This document shows positions 57,588 to 64,000 of a DNA stretch of 64,000 nucleotides, piece by piece. The number at the start of each line of letters is the position of its first letter. Position 1 is the first letter of the stretch. The notes beneath the pieces are model-generated. The model was not told the origin of the DNA and did no database searches. It was given only the letters and a program-made list of their open reading frames with translations. This DNA comes from an uncultured Candidatus Saccharibacteria bacterium. GTDB taxonomy: Bacteria > Patescibacteriota > Minisyncoccia > Phycocordibacterales > UBA12445. A program made the position numbers and the translations under genes. The DNA is taken from NCBI GenBank assembly GCA_964531375.1, contig CAZHDO010000001.1:96879-160878 (forward strand). Direction: 5' to 3'.

Positions 57588-58205
57588 TTAAATTATTTTA
57601 GCCACAGCGCCAGGAAGTACTTCGGCTTTTGAAATTGGAAGTAGTCTGAGAAGAACACGTCCTGTGATTAAATTTTTACTCACAGGTCCCCAGTCTCTGG
57701 AATCTGAACTAGCACCTCGATTGTCTCCCATCACGAAGTATTCGGAATCTCCTAATTTAACCTCAATGTCTCTTTTTTGGAAATCTAAATTTTTGACATA
57801 TTTTTCGTTAAGAATAAATCCCTCATCGTTTTCTTTGTTTTTAATTGTAACTTGGTTATCTTTAACAATCAGTGTCTCTCCCGGAAGGCCAATAATTCTC
57901 TTGATAAAGTACTTTGAAGGATTTTTAGGATATCGAAAAACGACAACCTCGTCTCTTGCTGGGGTGTTGAAATAATAGGATATTTCATCAATAATTAAAT
58001 ATTGACCATCAGCAAAAGTAGGATCCATTGAGCTTCCACTAACAAGAAAGGGTTGCGCGATATAGAATCTTATTGGTAGAACGATTATTAAGGACAAAAC
58101 TGTAAACCTTGTTATTTCTTTGAAGAAATCCCACCATGTTTCAGGCTTCTCTTCATTGATTGTGGGGCTTAAATTAACATTATTTTCTAATTTTTCCTCG
58201 TTCAT
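57588..58205 (-). CDS. lepB: signal peptidase I
   Basis: GSSMDPTF (Ser box), GDNRGASSDSR, KRIIGLPGE. Confidence 0.85.
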   Translation of the reverse strand: MNEEKLENNVNLSPTINEEKPETWWDFFKEITRFTVLSLIIVLPIRFYIAQPFLVSGSSMDPTFADGQYLIIDEISYYFNTPARDEVVVFRYPKNPSKYFIKRIIGLPGETLIVKDNQVTIKNKENDEGFILNEKYVKNLDFQKRDIEVKLGDSEYFVMGDNRGASSDSRDWGPVSKNLITGRVLLRLLPISKAEVLPGAVAKII

Positions 58206-58373
58206 ATACGTGCTATGATACTATAAAAATTGCGTTTGTGCAAGCTATTGATTTTTTGTGGGTTTTATTGTGTTTTTTAATATTTAACCAAGTTTTTTGT
58301 TCTAAACGCTATTATTCTTTTTAATTTGCTCAAAAAGATATAAAATAGGGTATTATCATTTTTTACTAAATTT

Positions 58374-58973
58374 ATGTTTATTATTGTCGGACTAGGAAAT
58401 CCCGGAGAAGAATATGTGGACACAAGACACAACGCAGGGAGGATTATTTTAGAATATATAAAAAAAGCACTATCTAAGGATGAAGATTTTTCTGACTGGG
58501 AAAATGACAAAAAATTAAAGGCACTCGTGAGTAATGGTCAAATAGGAAAAGAAAAGGTGCTATTACTGGAGCCTGATAATTTTATGAACAATTCGGGTTC
58601 GAGCTTAAAGCCACTTATTACAAACAAGAAAAAGGCAGAGAGTCTTGTTGTAATTCATGATGATTTAGATTTGCCAGTTGGCAAGCATAAAATAACTTTT
58701 AATCGTGGTTCAGGTGGTCACAAGGGCGTGGATTCAATAATCAGCAATATTAAGACGGAGGCGTTTGTGCGTTATCGAATTGGAATTAGTCCAGTTACAC
58801 CCGGCGGTAAAATGAAAAAGCCAAAAGGAGAAAAAGATGTTACATCTTTAATAATGGGAAGTTTTAAAGAAAAAGAAACGGAAGAGTTGAAAAAGCTTGG
58901 AAAGAAATTAGCTGAGGCTACTCAAATGATGATTAAAGAAAGCAGAGATAAGGCAATGAGTTTATATAATTAG
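58374..58973 (+). CDS. pth: peptidyl-tRNA hydrolase
   Basis: MFIIVGLGNPGEEYVDTRHNAG N-terminus; HDDLDLPVG. Confidence 0.85.
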   Translation: MFIIVGLGNPGEEYVDTRHNAGRIILEYIKKALSKDEDFSDWENDKKLKALVSNGQIGKEKVLLLEPDNFMNNSGSSLKPLITNKKKAESLVVIHDDLDLPVGKHKITFNRGSGGHKGVDSIISNIKTEAFVRYRIGISPVTPGGKMKKPKGEKDVTSLIMGSFKEKETEELKKLGKKLAEATQMMIKESRDKAMSLYN

Positions 58974-58980
58974 GATTAAC

Positions 58981-59016
58981 AAAAAACACCCACCAGATAA
59001 GGTGAGTGTTTTTTTG
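58981..59016. terminator. bidirectional terminator hairpin
   Basis: AAAAAACACCCACCAGATAAGGTGAGTGTTTTTTTG. Confidence 0.7.
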
Positions 59017-59025
59017 TTTAAAATT

Positions 59026-60165
59026 TTATTTTACCTCTTCTGCTAGTTTTACTTCAACTCCATCTTCCATAAGAACTAAAGTCATCCTCTGCTCCTTTGG
59101 TTCAAAAAGATTTATTGAGAAGTTGTATGTTTTTCCTAATTCAAGCTTTTGTTTCATTTTCTCTTCTGTTCCAAAGTTTGAAATATGGACTAGTCCAGCA
59201 ACACCTTCCTCTATACTTACAAGGATTCCGTGTTTGTTGTACTTTATTGGTACGCCAGAAACTTTCATTCCTTTTTTGTATTTTGCCTCAGCGTTTTTCC
59301 AAGGGCTCTCCTTTAGTGCTTTTATTGAGAGTGACATTTTACCGTCTTTGATCTCAATTACTTGTACTTTTACGCTGTCACCAACCTTGAATAGTTTTCT
59401 TGGGTTATCTACGAGTGACCAATCCATTTCTGAGATATGAACTAGACCTTCTAATCCATTCTCAACCTTAACGAAGATACCGAAATCAACAACTCCTGTA
59501 ACTTCGCCATTTAGTGTATCTCCAACTTTGTATTTTTCAACAAGTTCTGTTTTGTCTTTTTGGTCGACTGTTTTTTCAGAAAAGATAAGCTTGTCTTCCT
59601 TTGGTGTTGCTCCAATAATTGTAACAGCGATTTTCTTTCCGACTAATTTTCGTAATTCATCAAGAATTCTGTCTTTGTTTCCATCTGTAACTCTAGGGTA
59701 GTGCTCTTCTTTTAATTGAGATGCTGGCAAGAAACCTGAAACACTCTGCCAATCGAGCATAAGTCCTCCTTTGTTTGCATCCTTAACCATAAGTTCAAAA
59801 ATAGTTTTGTTCTTTATGGCTTCTTCTGCGTCGCTCCAAATAGCAGCTTGTCTTGCTTCTTTTAGTGAAAGACCAATGTATCCGTCATCTGTTTCTGGTT
59901 CAATTACTTTTGCTGTAATTATGTCGCCAGGTTTTACATTTTTTATAACATCTCTCGCGTTTAAATATTCTCTACCATATATAACCGCAGTTCCAAAAGG
60001 CTTAATATCGATAAATAGAGAAAGTTTCTCTTGTCCGATAACTTTACCTTCTACTAATTGACCCACCTGTGGAGGTGCTTGCGTATCTCGCAAGATCTTA
60101 TCCATAAAGGTCAGATTTTTTGCGGGTATTGTTTTATCAACAATTATTGTCATTTTAATTCCCAT
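59026..60165 (-). CDS. rpsA: 30S ribosomal protein S1 (four S1 domains)
   Basis: Repeated S1 OB-fold segments (GxV.G.V....GAFV). Start is probably MGIKMTIIVD with GGGG 5 nt upstream; tracked ORF extends to 60219. Confidence 0.8.
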   Translation of the reverse strand: MGIKMTIIVDKTIPAKNLTFMDKILRDTQAPPQVGQLVEGKVIGQEKLSLFIDIKPFGTAVIYGREYLNARDVIKNVKPGDIITAKVIEPETDDGYIGLSLKEARQAAIWSDAEEAIKNKTIFELMVKDANKGGLMLDWQSVSGFLPASQLKEEHYPRVTDGNKDRILDELRKLVGKKIAVTIIGATPKEDKLIFSEKTVDQKDKTELVEKYKVGDTLNGEVTGVVDFGIFVKVENGLEGLVHISEMDWSLVDNPRKLFKVGDSVKVQVIEIKDGKMSLSIKALKESPWKNAEAKYKKGMKVSGVPIKYNKHGILVSIEEGVAGLVHISNFGTEEKMKQKLELGKTYNFSINLFEPKEQRMTLVLMEDGVEVKLAEEVK

Positions 60166-60326
60166 TTTTGCCCCTTTGTTGGGATTCGGGGGGTTCTGCT
60201 TGTTCTTAAATCGGCACAAGCAGTGTTATTTAATAATATGGCCAGTATACATATAAATAAGGAAAAGTAAACTTGTAAAGGTTAGAAATTATCCACTCTT
60301 GTGTCTCTGGTGATAATTATGCAATA

Positions 60327-61664
60327 ATGTTTCAAATGAATTCAGATTGGAAAAAAATTAGTTCAATTTTAGTTTCGCTCGTCATTATTGGCGCGGCCTT
60401 TGGTGTCGGGGTTGGAGTTGGAGTTAATTCACGACCAGAAATAGAAAAGGTTGTTGAAATTAAGAATAAAGAAACGTTGGCAACTACGCAGACAGATTTT
60501 GCACCTTTTTGGACAACATGGAATCTTATTAATCAAAAATATGTAAATAGTGGAATGGGTACAGCGACCCAAGCAAGCGCAACTTCTTCATTGGTAAAAA
60601 AGATGCCAACAGATCAGGATAAGGTCTGGGGAGCGATATCTGGGTTAGTTGGCTCTTTGAACGATCCTTATTCAGTATTTATGCCACCAGAACAGGCAAA
60701 GAGCTTTTCGAGTCAAATCAGCGGTACTTTTGAAGGCGTTGGAATGGAGCTTGGAATTAAAGACGGCGTCATTACGGTAATTGCGCCACTTGAAGGCACA
60801 CCTGCAAAAAGGGCGGGTATAAAAGCTGGAGACAAGGTTGTTTCAATAAATGGCAAGACATCTATGGGTATGGGTGTGGAAGACGCTATTTTGCTTATTA
60901 GGGGTAAAAAAGGCACAGAAGTCGCTTTGTCTATTGCAAGAGAAGGAGAAGAGGCTCCGCTTGAAATTAAGATTATTCGCGATGTTATTGATATGCCGAC
61001 TATTCAGCTTGGTAATGGAAAAACAAAAGATGGCAAAGTTGTTTTGGGCAACAATACTGGTGATGGATTGAGAGATGATGGAACTTTCGTAATAAGGTTA
61101 TTTAATTTCTCGGCAAACTCTGCAGAACTATTTAGGGAAGCATTAAAGAAATTTATTTCTTCTGGTTCAAATAAATTAATTCTTGATCTCAGAGGGAATC
61201 CTGGAGGTTATCTTGAGGCTGCTGTTGATATGGCAAGCTGGTTTCTTCCTGCTGATAAACTGATTGTTAAGGAATCGTTTGGAAAGAATAGTAATATTGG
61301 AGACAAGATTCACATGAGTAAGGGTTATAATGTTTTCAATGATAAGTTAAAGATGGTAATTCTGATTGATCGAGGTTCAGCTTCCGCTTCTGAAATTTTA
61401 GCGGGTGCATTGAATGAGCATAAGGTTGCGACTTTGATAGGCGAGAAGAGTTTTGGAAAAGGTTCAGTTCAAGAACTTGTTCCTATTACCGAAGATACTT
61501 TCTTGAAAATAACAGTTGCTAAGTGGCTTACACCAGGCGGTCATTCAATTTCTGATTTCGGACTTACACCAAGTATTACTGTTGCTGTTACAAAAGAAGA
61601 CGTTAAGGCTGGTAAGGATGCGCAGTTAGAAAGAGCCGCTGAATTTTTAGTTAAAGGTAAGTAA
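60327..61664 (+). CDS. ctpA: carboxy-terminal processing protease (S41, CtpA/Prc family)
   Basis: PDZ segment then LIDRGSASASEILAGALNEHKVATLIGEKSFGKGSVQ, with the catalytic Ser/Lys region. Confidence 0.85.
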   Translation: MFQMNSDWKKISSILVSLVIIGAAFGVGVGVGVNSRPEIEKVVEIKNKETLATTQTDFAPFWTTWNLINQKYVNSGMGTATQASATSSLVKKMPTDQDKVWGAISGLVGSLNDPYSVFMPPEQAKSFSSQISGTFEGVGMELGIKDGVITVIAPLEGTPAKRAGIKAGDKVVSINGKTSMGMGVEDAILLIRGKKGTEVALSIAREGEEAPLEIKIIRDVIDMPTIQLGNGKTKDGKVVLGNNTGDGLRDDGTFVIRLFNFSANSAELFREALKKFISSGSNKLILDLRGNPGGYLEAAVDMASWFLPADKLIVKESFGKNSNIGDKIHMSKGYNVFNDKLKMVILIDRGSASASEILAGALNEHKVATLIGEKSFGKGSVQELVPITEDTFLKITVAKWLTPGGHSISDFGLTPSITVAVTKEDVKAGKDAQLERAAEFLVKGK

Positions 61665-61695
61665 AATAATATTATTGGATTGCTGATATAAAAAT

Positions 61696-62139
61696 ATGAA
61701 AATAATTTTAACAAAAGATGTTCCAAAGGTTGGTAGAAGATTTGAGATATTAGAAGTCTCTGATGGATACGCACGAAATTTTATTTTAAAAAATAAACTT
61801 GGCGAGATTGCTACGAGCGAGGTCATAAATAAAATGGATGCTCAAAAGAAAAAGAATGAGGAGGCTCGAAAACAGAGAGAGAAGGAAGTTATTTTAAAAC
61901 TAGAGAGCGTCGCATCTCTTGGGCTTTCTATAAATGCGAAAGTTAATAAGGAAGGTCACTTGTTTGCTGGGATAAAGAAAGATGACATATACAAACTCGT
62001 AACCGAAAAAGGAGTTGAAATAAAAGATGAGGAATTAATTTTCGATAAACCAATTAAAGAAGTTGGCGACTACGATATTGTTGTAAAAATAGGGGAGAAG
62101 AACACAAAATTCAAGCTTTCTGTGGTGGCTCTAGAATAA
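61696..62139 (+). CDS. rplI: 50S ribosomal protein L9
   Basis: MKIILTKDVPKVGRRFEILEVSDGYARNFIL. Confidence 0.85.
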   Translation: MKIILTKDVPKVGRRFEILEVSDGYARNFILKNKLGEIATSEVINKMDAQKKKNEEARKQREKEVILKLESVASLGLSINAKVNKEGHLFAGIKKDDIYKLVTEKGVEIKDEELIFDKPIKEVGDYDIVVKIGEKNTKFKLSVVALE

Positions 62140-62217
62140 AAAAGTAATAAAATTATCTTATATTACCTTCGCTTTTTAACAGCAGGCTTTTTTTCTTCGT
62201 TTGACAAATTTGACAGG

Positions 62218-63105
62218 TTGTGCTATACTATGTCTAATATGTTAGAAATTACACACAAAAACAAAGAAATATTCATGTCTGGCTTGATAATAGGCGTTAT
62301 TTTGTCTGTATTAATAACCACTTTTCCTGCTAGTATTCTTGGTCGTATTGAGAATATGCCCAACAATAATATAAGCCAGGTAAGTAATGCTTTTCAGTTT
62401 AATGTTGAACCTGTTTCAAGTATTTCTAGTGTGGTAGACCTGGAGAGTGAACCAACTAAACGTGTTCCTGTTTCCAATTATATCGGAATGATTGTTCATA
62501 TTATTTGTCCTATTTCTGATGGTGTTATAACGGGTAGTGGGATAATAATTTCAGGAGATAGTTCTGGAAATGCCAGGGTGCTTACAAGTAAACATATTTT
62601 GAAGAATATGACTGGGGTATGTAAGGTTTATCAGTCTGAATCTTATGACGAGCAACCAAGTTTATTTTTTAAAACTTCAAATAATTTTGTATTCAGTCAA
62701 AAATATGATTTGGCGATACTTTCCTATTCAGACGATTTTTCGATGAATAGTTCAAATTTAAATTTTGAATTTGCTAAAAAGTCAGAAGGTTTGTTTGAAG
62801 ATGTATTCGTATTCGGTTTTCCACCATCTGCTGGAAGTAATATAACTTTTACAAAGGGTGTGATTAGTGGGGCTGAGAAAATTGCCGGAGATACTATGCT
62901 CAAGACTGATGCAAAGATTGATAATGGTAGTTCAGGTGGCCCAGTATTTAATAAAGCTGGTAATCTTATCGGTATTACAACATATGCTTCACAAGGAACA
63001 TATTCTTCTTATGGATATATAATTCCATCTGAGATTGTTAAGGAATTTATTAATGATGTTGCACTGCAAGACAGTAATAAGATTGGTACAGTCATTATTA
63101 GATAA
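62218..63105 (+). CDS. trypsin-like serine protease (S1 family), membrane-anchored
   Basis: N-terminal TM helix and GSSGGPVFN around the catalytic Ser; His and Asp regions upstream. Confidence 0.75.
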   Translation: MCYTMSNMLEITHKNKEIFMSGLIIGVILSVLITTFPASILGRIENMPNNNISQVSNAFQFNVEPVSSISSVVDLESEPTKRVPVSNYIGMIVHIICPISDGVITGSGIIISGDSSGNARVLTSKHILKNMTGVCKVYQSESYDEQPSLFFKTSNNFVFSQKYDLAILSYSDDFSMNSSNLNFEFAKKSEGLFEDVFVFGFPPSAGSNITFTKGVISGAEKIAGDTMLKTDAKIDNGSSGGPVFNKAGNLIGITTYASQGTYSSYGYIIPSEIVKEFINDVALQDSNKIGTVIIR

Positions 63106-63120
63106 ACTCAAAATATAATT

Positions 63121-63154
63121 AAAAAACCGACCATTAAATTGTGGTCGGTTTTTT
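63121..63154. terminator. bidirectional terminator hairpin
   Basis: AAAAAACCGACCATTAAATTGTGGTCGGTTTTTT. Confidence 0.7.
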
Positions 63155-63168
63155 AATTTGTTTTTAAA

Positions 63169-63441
63169 TTAGTTTACATTAACAACTGTCTTTCTCTTTA
63201 TCTTTCCGTTGAATCCAACTTTTCTTTTTGTACTAAAGGAAACTTTTCCTTCTTTTGTTGCAAATAATGTGTGATCTTTTGCGCACAAAACATTATCGCC
63301 AGCAATAATAACTGTTCCTCTTTGTCTTATTATAATACTTCCAGCCTTAGCTGTTTCTCCGCCATAAAGTTTGGTTCCTAGATATTTAGGCTTTGAATCC
63401 CTCAGGTTTTTTGCGCTACCACCAGCTTTTGTATGTGCCAT
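63169..63441 (-). CDS. rpmA: 50S ribosomal protein L27
   Basis: [29 protein letters not shown]. Confidence 0.85.
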   Translation of the reverse strand: MAHTKAGGSAKNLRDSKPKYLGTKLYGGETAKAGSIIIRQRGTVIIAGDNVLCAKDHTLFATKEGKVSFSTKRKVGFNGKIKRKTVVNVN

Positions 63442-63534
63442 ATAAAATTAGTTATAAGGTTATAATGTTAAAAAGTTCACATGTTCCTGTAAAAATTTGG
63501 AATTTCCCAAGAAATATACTAACCTTTTATAATA

Positions 63535-63896
63535 TGGTGATATTAAATCATTTGTGGGAAAAAATCAAGGCTTATCAGGAAGAGATTTACTTATTGCTTA
63601 TAATCGTGCTTTCTGGATTTTTCGGTTTCGGACTCGGTAGGCTTTCTCAAATAGAAGATCGGAAGGTGCCGATAACCATCGAAGATGTTGGGAATACTCC
63701 TGTAAATGCAACAAGTTCTGAAAAAATAGACCAAAGCAAAGATTCTTTTGTGGCTTCAAAAAACGGGAAGAAGTATTATTTTTCTTGGTGCGATGGGGCC
63801 CAAAAGATTAGTAAAAAGAACATAGTTTCTTTTAATTCTAGAGAAGAAGCCGAGAAAGCTGGCTACGACAAGGCTTCGAATTGTCCAGGGTTATAA
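63535..63896 (+). CDS. hypothetical membrane-anchored protein with C-terminal Ada-like metal-binding motif (tentative)
   Basis: TM helix LLIIVLSGFFGFGL. C-terminus YYFSWCDGAQKISKKNIVSFNSREEAEKAGYDKASNCPG resembles the Ada Zn-binding pattern. The tracked ORF start 63393 overlaps rpmA, so the internal Met is preferred. Confidence 0.35.
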
Positions 63897-64000
63897 ACAC
63901 CCTTGCACTTGATTTTGTTAAACTAAATGATATTATGGCTTTTCTCGTTAAAGGTCGAAGAAGTTTGTTAGAGTATTTTTTTAAATTCAAATGAATAATA

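Noticed and set aside
1-64000. CRISPR arrays, rRNA genes, IS transposases.
   Set aside because: No regularly spaced direct repeats, no rRNA-like conserved stretches, and no DDE or IS200-type transposase motifs seen. The only recombinase is the large serine recombinase at 47849.

Overview
This window is AT-rich (about 35% GC), compact and gene-dense. Gene content suggests a small-genome bacterium, possibly Patescibacteria/CPR-like; that is inference from content only.

Housekeeping and core genes recognised:
- ftsA-ftsZ, ybeY, rpsU, hisS, lepB, pth, rpsA, ctpA, rplI and rpmA in the last 11 kb
- lepA, valS, tsaD and tsaC
- a class II-type ribonucleotide reductase, recQ and murJ
- a Liv-type branched-chain amino-acid ABC transporter, split by two antisense methyltransferase genes
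- a glycosyltransferase cluster (GT4, a GtrA-GT4 fusion, GT4), a LemA plus HtpX pair, and PAP2, hemerythrin, NUDIX, Hsp20 and receiver-domain genes
- seven tRNA genes and a bacterial type-A RNase P RNA (minus strand, 12380-12723)

Three things stand out.

1. Every tRNA gene in the window is followed on its 3' side by one or more small modules of 120-300 nt. Each module starts with a reverse-complement copy of that tRNA's own T-arm/acceptor 3' strand, carries a conserved hairpin core, and ends in GTGRC plus a direct copy of the same tRNA's 3' end. Three conserved cores recur: GGGCCCCTTTCTGCAAGAAAGGG, GCAAACTGCTTTGC and CCTGATTGAGCATTTTTTG. I do not recognise this family, and it is the best candidate for an undescribed system here.

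2. A roughly 6 kb integrated element (43415-49412) sits at the 3' end of a minus-strand tRNA-Glu. It carries a large serine recombinase whose 3' end overlaps the tRNA, a HUH rolling-circle Rep with an upstream hairpin, DUF2726, a frameshifted XRE-family regulator and a multi-pass membrane protein. A 15-bp direct repeat of the tRNA 3' end marks the far junction. The element has pushed tRNA-Glu away from its own module pair.

3. A small GIY-YIG nuclease gene is wedged onto the 5' end of tRNA-Ser(GGA). A palindrome-containing partial duplicate of the tRNA 5' segment lies beyond it.

No CRISPR array, rRNA or canonical transposase was seen. Many short ORFs in the supplied track are translations of the repeat modules or antisense artefacts.
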